From Pseudovirgaria hyperparasitica (lineage: Eukaryota): 64,000 nt of DNA. The notes under the pieces were generated by a model. It was given only the letters and a program-made list of their open reading frames with translations, made no database searches and was not told where the DNA came from. Positions 24,528 to 37,425 of the stretch are shown here, piece after piece (positions within the stretch are counted from its first letter, which is position 1; the number at the start of each line of letters is the position of its first letter). Where the stretch lies: the NCBI GenBank assembly GCA_010093815.1, contig ML996576.1; one strand, given 5' to 3'. The position numbers and the translations under genes were made by a program.

Positions 24528-26500
24528 ATTGTGGTTGTTTTGAGGTGGTGGAGAGGGTGTTGGAGATGCGCTCCCGGTAACTGTTTTCTCAACCATTAGA
24601 ATTAAGATCGTAAAGTCTGTAGATATATAGCTACCTTGAGATGGCGACGGCAAAGCGCATAGTTCGCACCAATCCGACTATTCTGATATCCCGCTGAATT
24701 CATTCAGTTCGTCTTGGTCAACCAATTCTGATTCGGATTCTAGGAGTCGCGTGCCTTGACTTGTCGCACAATATGATGGCTCATTCTTGATTGCTGTGAT
24801 AGGAGCGCTAATTAGATCTGCTCCCAAAATGCTGCTTGCGAATAGGAGCAGCCAGGATTGGAAGTACATTCATCTTTCAAGGCCATGTATGCCGTGTGTG
24901 ATCTTAAGTCGAGCCATGTCGCGTTGTGTAGCCAACTTGTATCGATGAGAAGTGTTTTAACCATAGGGTGCTTTGATGAGGAAGGCTAATAAGGTACGTC
25001 TGTCGAAACAGGAAGTACTGCCGAAAACGCGAGGAGTAAGGTGAGATGTCTGGTACCGAGTGGTGCGTTTGGGTAGGTGCGCGAGAATCCTAGGAGCATT
25101 GTAAAAGGGTTGTACAATGACAAACAGCAGCACTCATCTCAATCGTATTCCAGCATGTTACAAATGCGGACCTGAAGTCATTTCGGGAGGATAGTATCGA
25201 ACTCATGAGAGCATGAAGCTGGAATCGAAGCACAACCACTCTTTTTGTGCTCTGACAAGCGCTGAACCCGCAAGGTTTCTGTCATCTTCTCCAAGGTAAT
25301 CGCAGAACGGAGCTATACGATGTGATTTGTTAAACCAATTCCTGTTTGTCAATGACGCAAACTGCGCCCGTCGTCTCTTCCAGCTTGGTCGGTTCGTATT
25401 GCGTAGAAATACACAAACAGTACTGTCGGAACCGTCCAGCACTACCTCTCTTGCACTCATTCACAGCTACATATAGCCCGTATCATTCCTAACCGCATAG
25501 CAGGGCCGCCGCCCACGGGCGAGGTCCATATCTTCAATGACAGCTTCTTCTGCAGCCTACAAAACCATGTCGTCCTCTTCCTCTATACCCATTATGTTCT
25601 TATATTTCTAGCCAGAGTGTATCAGGAGAAGCATTAATCCAGCCACCTGGCTACGACCAATCTCCACCCTTTGCTGAACACATTGTAAATACTCCACCAC
25701 GAGCAGGTAGCCGGCACCAAATTGCTACGGCCGGCTTGCTTCGACGACGTGCACTCCGCCAGCCTGTCGACATTTTTCAGTTTCTTATATGCTGGACTTT
25801 AAACGGTTCATTGAGCACCAGTGTGATTTTATCGAAGCTGCTATGTCTGTAGTCATCATTGCGTTCTTCACGACAGTGCGTGGCCTTGGTGTCTGAGAGG
25901 TTTGAAGATATGTATATGAGCGACCTTGTTCATCTCTTGATTGCCCGAGTCGCTAATAAGGAGTAGCAGCACGCAATAGAGCGTGGGAGAAAAAAGGGAG
26001 GGATGGGGCTGCTTACTAGTAGCTGGTGAAGAAGGCTACAGAGGTGTGTCGTGCATGTCCTGATGCAGGGCAGATGGTCAGCGAGGAGTACAAATCTTGT
26101 ATGCGCTGGATGTGTGATGGGTGATTCAGCAACGAAGGTTCGATTTTACCGTGGGCCATTGGAAAGGAGGATTGAGACAGCAGATGGAGGTGTTCCGATG
26201 TTGTGTGTGGAGGGACACGAGACTGTTCTGGGGCGTCCAGGGCGGAAGTTCAAGGAGAAAGACCATCATCATGATTGTGTCAAAGTAGAGCATCAAGCGG
26301 CAGAATCTCAAATGGGCGTGAAGAAAGTCAGTTCGCAATCTCCCTTCTCTCATCAGATCTGAGGCAAAAAGTTGATCTGGCTGCGTCCCTGTGAACAGTC
26401 TACCGTCTGCGCGGCAGCTGATAGTAGCCCATACCATGCCCCCCTTTCCCCGCCTACAGTGTCTGAAAATAAAATCATTGCAAAAGAGGAGCATAGCCCA

Positions 26501-26510
26501 GAGTCGAACC
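26501..26510 (-). promoter_or_regulatory. Pol III B-box downstream of U6
   Basis: GGTTCGACTC matches the B-box consensus GGTTCGANTC and lies about 17 nt beyond the U6 terminator. Confidence 0.75.
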
Positions 26511-26526
26511 GGTGCCAAAAAATGGC

Positions 26527-26642
26527 AAAAAAAATGTGTAATCTCTTTGATTAAGAACGTCATCCTTAGTGCAGGGGCCGTGCTAATCTTCTCTGTATCG
26601 TTTCAAATTGTCCAAGACCCCGAAGGGCCTGCCCCGAAGGGC
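26527..26642 (-). ncRNA. U6: U6 spliceosomal snRNA
   Basis: Minus strand reads GCCCTTCGGGGCAGGCCCTTCGGGGTCTTGGACAATTTGAAACGATACAGAGAAGATTAGCACGGCCCCTGCACTAAGGATGACGTTCTTAATCAAAGAGATTACACATTTTTTTT. It contains the ACAGAGA box, AGC triad, internal stem-loop and a T8 Pol III terminator. Confidence 0.96.
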
Positions 26643-26664
26643 GAAGAATGCACTTGCAAAGGGA

Positions 26665-26672
26665 CTTATATT
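26665..26672 (-). promoter_or_regulatory. TATA-like element of the U6 gene
   Basis: AATATAAG lies about 23-30 nt upstream of the inferred U6 +1. Confidence 0.6.
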
Positions 26673-28296
26673 CCACGACAAAGTGAGTGTGGGTGGTTGT
26701 TCGAGATGACCGAGCGCCCTGCCAAGCCCACAGGTCAGGATTGAGATTGTCAGCAAAACAAACAATTTCACCTGACCACACACCCGCCCATCTCTCCCAC
26801 ACACCTACGACCTGTGGCACGACTTTCTCTCACGCTGATGATTCCTTCCTCACCTTACAGTCAAGTGAGCTGAGCTTACATGGCTTGCGATACTTGTGCC
26901 ATTGGCACACACCCCCTATCACAGCAAGGACTTACTTTCGAGAGCTCACTGGCGAATCTACGTATTGTAGAAGCCGTCAGAGCGTGCATCAACGCCATAG
27001 CTCCTACAAAGGTAACGTCTGAAGCTCCAACGGTTTGTTCGTCACTATCTCATTGAATACTTCCACAGTGTTCGATCGACTGAGCCTTTGAGTCACCATC
27101 GTGTCGTCATGGACACCAGCGATTCTTGAGGTACACTTTACCTTACTATGACTCTACCTCGAAGGTAATTGGCCAAGTCCTTATAGTTGCCATAGGAGCT
27201 GACGTGATAGCAGGACCCGCGACTTGTATCGCTACCATGCGAAACCCGCATGGGCAACAGTCCACAAGAACTCTCGTGTCTCTGGGAGAAATGGTGAGAG
27301 TAAGCAAGAAAATCTCTTCTCGCGGCCGGTATGTACCTTTCGCTTCACCTTACTATCGCCCTGATCACAAGCTTATGGAACACCGTCGAAGTCATGAAAG
27401 TTTGGCATCATGTGACGCAATCACATCTCTTTCAAGTATTCGTCTGTACCTGCTTCATTGCAAGCTCAGCAGTAACAAGCTTAGTCGAGAAAAAACCTCG
27501 TCAACAGAATCGAGCTTTCACGCGAGACGAACGCTAGGAAGTATACATCGAAGAGCTTGGGAAGTGTAGTAGCAGCTACGACAAGAAAAGTTCCAAGGTG
27601 GGTCATCAATCAGCTTGATGGACCTCATTGTGGTAAGAGTCTCCAGTCAACTCTACTCCCTTACAACATCCGTTATGATGAACTCTTCCCTTAGTATTTG
27701 ATGTGTGGCACCTGTTGGAATATGTCTTCGGACCACTCCGAGTTATGGAAAGCGTAGCAGGTGTGACGGGTCTACGCTCATACTAGGGGGGAAAAGACCA
27801 TTTGAAGCGGCGACAATAGGGCACGGAGGGTTCCTGACTACTGTCGTCTGCACTGTGAATAAAAACTTCTACACTGCTTACCACTTCTGAAATATCAATA
27901 TTTTTGGCAACAGACATCACACTCAAATTGAAGAAGATGCTAACGAGTTGCGCAGGCACCGTCGAGGATACTCCTTGCCGTGGGATGCGGTCGGTAACCG
28001 TCGAGTACATTCTCTTGCAATGCACCCAGAGCATTTGGTCCGAGGGTAGTTTGTCTGAGGTGGAGGACTTGCGACCTGATATGTCCAGTGAGGGCGGTCA
28101 GAAGGCGGGATATACCATGGTATATCTGGACATTGGTAAGACTGTTCAAATGCTCCTTTGCCTTGCATTATACCCTCCATGATGAGCACTGTACCGGTAC
28201 AGGAAGGCGTGGCTCTGTTGACCCTTATTGCACCACAGAAGGCGACATAATCCACGAACCGTCCGGTATAAAAAGAACAGGTTTAGCGTCGATAAT

Positions 28297-28384
28297 GCAC
28301 GGAGTTCAGGCCCTTCAGCATGGTTCTAGGTGGCACACTGTCATCATAAAGCCTCTGAGGGGTGGATTCTGGTCATCATCGTGC
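28297..28384 (-). ncRNA. Candidate box C/D snoRNA
   Basis: GCACG-ATGATGA (C)...CAGA (D')...ATGATGA (C')...CTGA..CTGA (D)...CGTGC, with a 5-bp terminal inverted repeat. No target recognised. Confidence 0.35.
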
Positions 28385-30505
28385 GCAATGAAAACTAAAA
28401 AACTACAACCATTTCTGATGCTGGAATCTTTTTGGATACGATCTCGAAGATGTGGTGAGAGACATGCTAACACCATGAACAGATATCAAGGCCTCTAGGG
28501 GTCAATACGCAGTGCTAGTCAAGACTACCTGGACCGTTTGGCAGTCCAGGGACGAAAGATTTGCATGTCCATTGTCAGCCCTGGTATTGATCATATGGGT
28601 GGTTCAAGTTTTCAGATGATAGCAGTCTCAGATTGGCAGTACACTCGGGTTTGCATGCTCTTTCTCGTGGTTTCACGATGGAGGCTCTAGCAGTTAAAAG
28701 TGTAGCTGTGTTGTGACGCAAAGAGAAGAAGATAGGAAGAATAAATTGAGACTGCCACAGCTGAGCAAGAAGAAAATAGAGAGCGAGAGCTAGAATGAGA
28801 ATGAGATAAAATGTATACTGCCAATTCCAATCACGGCATTGACATGCTCAGGCTGTCTGCTAGGCCTACTTTGACGTGCAAAGTGAAGACTTAAGAGTTG
28901 AGACTATAAATCGAAGGTCAGTTCTGCTAGGACCATGATATACTCAAAGGATCCGTAGACTGTCGTTAACGAGAGAGGATGAAGAAATGAATGATGGAGT
29001 AGCGTTAACTAAAGTTGAGGATGTAGATGAGGACGAAGAAGACGAAGATAATGGGAAAAGATGAAGTGTGTGGGCTCAAATGAACGAATTCTTGGCAGTA
29101 GGTTTTCACGGTTAGCGTGCTATCAACGAGAACGAGACTTGGATACTAAAGCTTCAACAACATCACACTATCGCACTGATCCTCTACTCTACTGTGCACA
29201 TCCAAAACCGCAAATATTCTGATCTTACAGTCTTCAAACCTCCTGCGACAGAACTTCCCTGCCTACGGTTGGAATCGGGCTTTAGCTGCGATGCGCTTCA
29301 GCCGCTCCCCCGCGTACTCTGGCACTACCCTTTGACTGGGATGGAAGCCAATCAACTACTCAGGACTGTTCACATGCTGTAGTTTCTACCACCCTTACGA
29401 GCATCGCGTGCACATCCAGCTGTATATGATCGCATCCTACATCTGGCTTTTCGAAACCGCTCGAGTCTCTAAGCACACTTCAGGCATTCGATCAAGTCAA
29501 TCTCATCCTGCCAACGCGACTCAGCGATTACAGGCGCACGATTGGGATCAAGGCAGGATCTGAATTCAGAACAGAGCATTGACAAAGCACGAAGATATGA
29601 TGTTACGAAACGCATATACGTATCCGTGGCCAAGAGGCATCACGAAATATGGCATCATATAGACGAAGACAGAAACATCCATTGCAGACTCCCAAAAAGG
29701 TCGCTGTGCATAGCATGCCTTACAGAGACTTGGTTCTCCTTTCTAGACTAAATCATAGTAACCAGTCACAGAAGCTATACTGCAAGAACTCGCCATGGGG
29801 ATCCATGCCACAATGTAAAGTGTATACATGGAAAACTAAAAGTCTCTGCGTACCATTACACTTTCACAGTGCGGTCTAAGTCGCAATGACTTTCTCTACG
29901 GCCGGAAGAATCCATGCCGAAGCGGATCGGATCGGCTCGTGCATGCTGGTCCCTCCACTAGATTGGCGGAAATGCAAACTAAGAATACTTAATACTAATC
30001 CATACTACATATTTTGGACAACCGAGCATGGCCACCTGACTTCTTTCATCAAAGTTGATGATAAATTCATCTTCGGACAGTGTCAAGAAGGCAAACAGCC
30101 ACGCTACAAGGGGTACGGATGTGATATTTGTTTGGACTATGAATGGAAACGTCACTTCTGCTTCAAAGCTAGGTACGTACTATTATTCAATTTCATAACC
30201 CTGAATACACCGTCGCCATCACTTCCCTCGCTCCCGGATATACACCCCGGATGGATATTAACATGCATAGTCCCTAGCCTTCATCTCTACCGGCACAACC
30301 AGGATTAACGGCCTCGCCTTCCGAACTCTCATGTGGTAAAACCCATCCACCATAGGCCATTCACTATAGCTATATACCACCCACATCATCCATGACTACT
30401 AAACACCCGCACCGCCATAACAATGGCATACATAAACCCTCTTCCCAATCGAGCTCCGCAACCCAAACCGACCCCTCGCGTGATACTCACACACTCCTCC
30501 ACGCC

Positions 30506-31522
30506 ATGCTCGCCTTCCTCCTCACCCCCCTCAGCACCCTCCTCCTCGCCGCCCTCAGCACCGCCCTCACATCCCCCAAATCACCAACCTCACCACACCA
30601 CCTCTTCACCTTCGGCGACTCCTATTCCCAAACAGGCTTCAACATCTCCCTCGCCTTGCCCTCCCGCTCAAACCCCATAGGCAACCCCTCCTTCCCTGGC
30701 TGGACCACCTCCGGCGGCCCAAACTGGCTCGGCTACCTCACCACCAGATACAACACCTCCCTCGTCCTAACATACAACTTCGCCTCCGGCGGCGCGACCG
30801 TCGACGCCGCCCTCGTCGCCCCGTATACCCCTTCTGTGCTTAGCCTTGGCGACCAGGTTCGCATCTTCACGGACAACGCACACCTTGTTGACTGGCGCGC
30901 CGCGGGCGCGAGCACGTTCGCTGTGTGGATTGGCGTCAATGACGTGGGGAACAGTTGGTGGATGGACGACGAGACGGCGCGGGTGCAGCGTATAATCGCA
31001 CGCTATTTCGAGCTCGTAGCGGACTTGTACGATGCTGGTGCGCGTCGCTTTGTGTTTCTGGGCGTGCCGCGTGAGTATTCGCGCTCCTTTCTCCGTCTAT
31101 TTTTTTTCAATCTCTCTATTCGATTAATCCATCTGCCCGTGTATACACAACCACACCAACGTAAGTACTGACACTCCCGACCTGTAGCAATTACCCGCTC
31201 GCCCCTCGTCCTGCGGACCTCCGACGCCCCAAGCCGCGCGCTCGAAGACAGCGTCATTGCAACTTTCAATAGCACGCTCAGCACCGCAGCACGCCAATTT
31301 GCCACCACACATGCAGACGCGCACGTGTATGTTGTAAACACGACGCCTGCATTCGCGACGGCGCTCGATCATCCGGAGGTATATGGCGCGCCGGACGCGA
31401 CGTGTTTCAATGAAGATGGACGGAGTTGTTTATGGTTTAATGATTATCATCCCGCGATGGCCATTCAGGGGTTGGTTGCGCGGGAGGTGGCGAGGGTGGT
31501 TGGGGGCGTTTGGGGTGCTTAG
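30506..31522 (+). CDS. Secreted GDSL/SGNH acetylesterase (CE16-like)
   Basis: Signal peptide MLAFLLTPLSTLLLAALSTA; FGDSY, GGPNW, YNFASGGAT, WIGVND and WFNDYHP motifs. One intron at about 31071-31187. Confidence 0.9.
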
Positions 31523-32165
31523 GAAGTTGCTGCGTTGGGCGATGGATGATGGATTAGGGAGCAGAGGGGCAATGTGGGTGTTGATGGGTATGGCGGAATG
31601 ACAGTATTGGGGCATATACACGTTGAAAATTTGTCTATTGGCATATGGAAGCTATAGGCTCTTCGTAGGATCGTAGGACGAGAAACTGCGTTCCATACAG
31701 GTAGCAGTTACCATAACCTCCGCAAGTACGTTATTGTCCAATCCGCTATACACAAGTCCAAGATATTGAATTCTGAACGTCCGGACAGAGCGTCGAGATC
31801 GTGTTGGGTTGCAGAGTAGTCGGTATGCGAAAGGTCAATTCACGAAACATTGCGTCGAACAAACTTTGAAGCTGCCCAGTGAATCAGAAGATGCTTTGGA
31901 CAAGGTCTATGCGAGATGGCATTGGTATCGGCAGGGACCGAAGCAGCCATATGGCAGGCCTAAGGTCGACCTACACACAGGAAGTGCGTTGCGGAAGCGG
32001 ATGTAACTCTAGCTTTGATGCCGTGGCGGAAAGAGAGTTCAATTGATAAAGTGGCGTCACGAGTGCCAAGTTCGCTGTGACAACGGCACAACGCCGTGGG
32101 CGGGTTTGAACTGTGGCACATTTGAACTTTATGTATCAAGACAAGTATCAAGAAGTAGGAGGTAT

Positions 32166-33563
32166 TCAATCGCCTGTGCCGACGTAATGGATCCTCCATT
32201 TGCTGTCGTCCCTGTCCTGGTACTCGGCCCATCCGCGAGGCAGGACTTCTGACACCGAAAAGTCGTCGTTAAGACCTTCTACACGACGAGCTTGCATCAT
32301 AAAAGCGCCGACTTGCCTTTCGCGGTTCCATAGTGCGCACTTCACGTCGTGTCGAGCGACTGCGGTGTCACGGTTCATAAGACCACTGGTATCCATCCCG
32401 AGACTTTCGAAACCTGAGTCCAATGCAAGGAGTGGCTCCGAAAGTTGACGGCAACCAAGCGTGTTTTGCTTCCAGGGGCACGGCTCGATTGCTTTATCAA
32501 TACTCTCCTCACTCCCAAAGTAGTCGACATTGTTCAAGGCTCGTATCATGACTAGCTCACTAGACCCGCCACGCGCTCGGTTTGGTAACGTTTGCGTCCT
32601 GTTGGACACGAAATCCCAGATCTTGTAGGCATCGTAGGTAGTGCCGGCCGTGAACAACAACGGCGTGGCGGGTGGCAATGAATTGGCATCGTTGTTTGTA
32701 GGTTGATGACCGATGACATAGCCGGCACGAAGATGAGGGAATGCACCGTCTTGCCATAGATGATGCGCTTCTCGAGCCAAGTTTTGAGGTATCGGCAATT
32801 CAGCGCCCGGAGTATTGACCTGGCCGTCGGTTTGTGAATACGTGGTATTTCTTGCGCAAACCCGAGGATAATATGGTCGTCTGTGCCCCGTCAATCGGGA
32901 GTCCGTCCGCAGTGTAAGAGTCTGGAGTGGTGAAATTGGCCGAGTAGAGCAGCCATCGAAAGCAGCAAAGAGACCAGGGCAGCAGCGAGCAGGTCTCAAT
33001 CTCAAGTGCCGTAAACGCAGTAGTAACGGGCTAACAGCGGTGCAAATATGCTCTTCGCTAGGTCCATTGTCCATATGTGGGTCCATGTATCGGTCTAATA
33101 TGTCTATCTCCAGAGAGGTGACAGAAAGAGGAAGTAACTTCAAGACTCCAAAAAGCTCGGCACCAGGAAAGGCGTATGTCTTGCTTCCAGCATGTACCAC
33201 ATGAATGATAGACAGACTGGTCAGGTTTGGCATACGAAGCGGAAGACTGATCATTTGGGTCAGTCTATGGGAAGCCTTGGGAAGTTTGATTGCAAATCCC
33301 ATTAGGTGTGATTGGGTAACGTGATAGGTCATGGATTTTACGAGATCAAGGTCGTTATTCTTCTTGTAGAAAGTCGGTAGTTGTGATGTATCGCCCAGCC
33401 TCGACACCAATGCGATATGCTGGTACAGATTTGGTAGGCCAGCATGGTACCACTGGCGGCAGACCAGTAAGGCAGCTATGTATTCGTATCGAAATGTTGA
33501 CAATGCAAGATAGTCGAAGATATCAAGCAGAGTCTCAGTTGGGAGGTCATATATTCGAGCCAT
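32166..33563 (-). CDS. F-box domain protein
   Basis: Intronless 465-aa ORF. N-terminus IYDLPTETLLDIFDYL...ALLVCRQWY...LYQHI, followed by LRR-like segments. Confidence 0.8.
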   Translation of the reverse strand: MARIYDLPTETLLDIFDYLALSTFRYEYIAALLVCRQWYHAGLPNLYQHIALVSRLGDTSQLPTFYKKNNDLDLVKSMTYHVTQSHLMGFAIKLPKASHRLTQMISLPLRMPNLTSLSIIHVVHAGSKTYAFPGAELFGVLKLLPLSVTSLEIDILDRYMDPHMDNGPSEEHICTAVSPLLLRLRHLRLRPARCCPGLFAAFDGCSTRPISPLQTLTLRTDSRLTGHRRPYYPRVCARNTTYSQTDGQVNTPGAELPIPQNLAREAHHLWQDGAFPHLRAGYVIGHQPTNNDANSLPPATPLLFTAGTTYDAYKIWDFVSNRTQTLPNRARGGSSELVMIRALNNVDYFGSEESIDKAIEPCPWKQNTLGCRQLSEPLLALDSGFESLGMDTSGLMNRDTAVARHDVKCALWNRERQVGAFMMQARRVEGLNDDFSVSEVLPRGWAEYQDRDDSKWRIHYVGTGD

Positions 33564-36500
33564 GCTGTCAGAGCTTCTAGTATCGGTAGTATCGGACGCG
33601 GTCTGAAGCGTTGCAAGTAGTGCCCTGAATCGACAATGGCAATTATCGCGTACCGCACGAGGCTGGCTGATGAGGCTGAACAGCGCTTACAACTGGATTT
33701 GAAGAAGCCTCGTAGATGAAGAGTGTAGGAGTGTGGACCATAAGCGACAGAAGGATGAGGATGAAGTCGAGGACAAGAATGAATGTAGCAACCAAATGCC
33801 GAGATGGTGATGGATACATACCGATCAACCTAGGAGCCCCGTCTTATTTACTTATCTTAGCGTCTCTGCCTCAGGCACTAAGTCAACCTCTGTTTCGACG
33901 ACGAATCAACACCAAGCGGCATCAGTCACCACATCTTGATGTTGTTCATTCATCTCACTATGAGAGCTTTAGATGTTATGACACCTCTTAGAAAGTACGC
34001 ATGACTCTGTCCTTGTCCAAGTAATGCGACATCGTTTGCTGCTTTTCAAGCCAGGGCGCGGCATGGCAAGTACCTACGAAGAATATCCGAATCCCCTCAA
34101 TCGGCTCTACAGCTCTCCAGATCACGACGAGACTTGACAGACATAAATAAGAACGAGAACAGACTCAAAGATGTACGACCATGATATATCGTGGCATAAA
34201 TTTAGCCAGCCCGAGATCAACGTCTGCGGAGGCGTGGGTCATTCATTTGGAACATATTGGCATTCATCTTAAATATATGCAGCCTCGGCGATAAACTGCG
34301 AAATGCTATCATCAGTACATACGGATGTCCAGACGAACGGCGGTCTCGGCTGATGCACTATTCGACAGACCAGCACACAATATCCGAGCTTCCCAACACG
34401 AGGCACAGAGGCGGCTGAAGACCTGCCGGGATGTTCTGCATCCTTGTCCGTCCTCTTCGTCTATGTGCTATATCCGAGAAATCATGGACATGGGCAAAGG
34501 CAAAGGCATGGACACGGCAAGCATTGCTATACTTCTGCAACATGCCATAAGCATTGTACGCCACTTGTTGGTTGCTTATGCCGGCAGTCCACCAACAGCC
34601 AAGAGCCCCACTACTATTGCTATTGCTCGCAAATACTTTGCATCACCTTGCTGTTCTACCGCAGCAGAGTAGCATTCGGCCATCTCTGCCCTCAGGTACC
34701 TATCCCTCGATTCTAGATCCCGTGACGTTCCTGGACCGTCTTCGAACCCTCGCTTCCGTTCCCTATACTTCGGCCTCTTAATCCAATGCTGACATGGTAC
34801 CGCGCGACCCAGCTGCCTGCCATTCCATCTCGAATTATCTCGTCATAGACCGCTGCCTTGGAGTCCGATACGAGATATTTCGCGTTTCACACCACGCGGA
34901 AAGCCCATAGGAGCCATTCTCCATCTCTGATACCATGAAGAGGCGTGCTACCCTGTTATTCACTTTCCGAGGCGTCGTATTGCCAAGCTCTATCTACGGA
35001 ACTGGCGAAGGGCTACCGTATAACGAAACACCCGCATGACCGGTTTGTGCCCAATGTCGACCTCACATGAATGAAGTCGATAGTTGATCCCTGATCTGGT
35101 GTATACCTTTCCATCAAGGATACCCCCGCACGGTGTCCGCAAATACATATCGAAGGAATATGGACTCAGATCCGTCCTTGTAGAATCACCTGTCCTATCT
35201 GCCTGAGATGGAGCACACGCGATCCTTCCCGTGTGCATCTCAATACTGGCTCTTATTCCTGCTTCTTGCCATTTAGGAATCACAAGCATTGAGGACTAAT
35301 GCATGTCCTATAGTACTACATACGTTTTCCAGAGCGATCCTGGATCGAACATCTACGGGCGTCCATCCCGTTGGGCTGTGTTACATCCGACCATGCCTTC
35401 GGGTCTGCACCTCAAGGCCTTGTGGTGGCATCTGATCTTGTTTCTCGAGACGTGTCTATCTTGCAGCTTCGCTCAGCCTCCCACGACCGTGCCTGCCATG
35501 AAAACTTTCGTGGACGATCCAACAAGGTGTCTCGCAGCCAAGGCATATTTCGTATTTACTGGCATGACCTTCGAGCGCGTTCCAGGGCATCTTTTTTACC
35601 AAAATGCGGCGTGACTACTATATTTCACCGTTCGTCTTTCTGTGCAAAACTACTATTACTACCCAGTTGCATGGCAGATAGCTTCTATGTTCTGACAGTG
35701 GCATGTGTGTGTGTCTTCCAGCCGGCAGTGACTCAATACTAGAATCTTACTGGTTGATTGTAGTCTCGTCGTCTTGCAAATGCGTAGTTGAGACAAGGCT
35801 GTGCTACGCTGCTAGTTGAAAGCTTGCTCATCGAGTGACCAGGGCTTGCGACCGAGGCAAGACCAGAGTGAAGCTCTATCGATGTGGTGTAGTGTACAAG
35901 ATGTCTCTGCCAAGACTTCAGTGACTACCAAGTCTTCTACGGTCTCGTATTTTTTCCTATTATTAGTCCTTCCTCCGCTATGCAGGCCTCACTCTTGGAA
36001 CACGGCGGGACTCGCTCCGAGCCTAATTAATACCACCCCCCTGTCGTATACTCGTTCTGTCTTACAGCCACGTTTAGGCATTCGACAACTTATGTATCCT
36101 TGTTCCTGGATCTGTCCAGATATTCGCTAATCGCTGTACTCCTACGAAATCTATGTGGGCGTAAAACATAGTCCCCAACCTGTTAAGTACATATTTATAT
36201 TTTGCTGCAATGGCATTTCGATACACTAACTCGTGTTATCGTCAGGATTAACACTCACAAACAAACGGATAGAGTTCTCAATCCACAGGCTGATCTGGAG
36301 TGGCACGTTTCAACTACGATCGTGCCGCAGGCAACCAATGTCTTAAGGACTTCCGACTGAACTTGAGCACATAGCTTTTCTTTCACCGTATGACCGCTTC
36401 CTGAACCGTCTCACGAGAGCCAAGATGACTGTGGCTTGTTCCTGCATAAGCCTTCATACGGTCGGCCGTGGTCCAGCTGTCAGTGAACGGGATCATGATC

Positions 36501-37425
36501 GGATTGCTGGAATGCTACCTACTCTGATCTGTTCATTGGGCTTTGTAGCAATTCATTGACAGTCAGTCACCCTGTTTCTCACCCTAGGCGCTATCCGTGT
36601 TTTCAATCAGTCTTTCAACTTCGACTTCTTTGCACGTGGCAAATGTTTCTCTCATATCTGCTACAAGCTTGTCAAGTCTGGTCATGCTCTATCCGTTCCT
36701 CCATGGCTCGAGCCATATGAGGAGAAAACCCGTGTTTAAACGCATAAACTTATTTGTCAAGCACTCCTTCAGTCTCCATGTCAGTAAGGGTTACCTCCAG
36801 TGTTGTTCCCATCCGGTATGTTCGGATCAATAATCATCTGTCGGCATATCTTCTTATTGCTTGTATGCTGTTCGATCCTATCGGCCGTTACTGGCCTGCT
36901 GCCTGTGCCAGCTCTTCCGAAAGATCACACTCCATCTCACTGGTGCCTGCGGTCAATGTTGATGCTCTGTCTTGCATATACGAATTCCAGCTAGTGTTGA
37001 GTCATGCAACCTCCATGTAACACTTCGAGACAGATTTACGCCACCGCCGACTCTAGACGCGGGCTTGATATTGCCAAGTCCTCTTTACATATCTTTTTCA
37101 GCTACGGACATGTTACAATCCCATCCCCTTCAGCGACGCCAAGATACGAGAGGAAGGGATATTCCCCCGTACAGGGATGAGCCACTGTTTACTTACAGGC
37201 AACGGTAGGTATGCCTTGGACCTGAAATGCCTATATTATCCGCACAGCTGAGCATATGCGATGCCCCTATGTGGCTTTCCTATCTTATAAATATGCTCAA
37301 TACCTCTCACCGTCGTCTCTTCTTTCTCAAGCCTACAGACAAGCATACCAGGAAGCTTAGCCTGCATCGTTAATTGTCATTCGTTTCCATATTCAGGTAC
37401 TGATTCGCTGAAACACATCTCAGTC

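Noticed and set aside
24678..25800. Possible minus-strand pseudogene
   Set aside because: Short interrupted ORFs with no identifiable motif.
26486..26512. tRNA gene suggested by GGTTCGACTC
   Set aside because: No cloverleaf can be built; the motif is better explained as the U6 downstream B-box.
26051..27022. Short ORFs overlapping the U6 locus
   Set aside because: No recognisable domains, and the conserved signal is the snRNA.
33700..37200. Many 60-120 aa ORFs
   Set aside because: No motifs or coherent exon structure; treated as intergenic or unrecognisably decayed.
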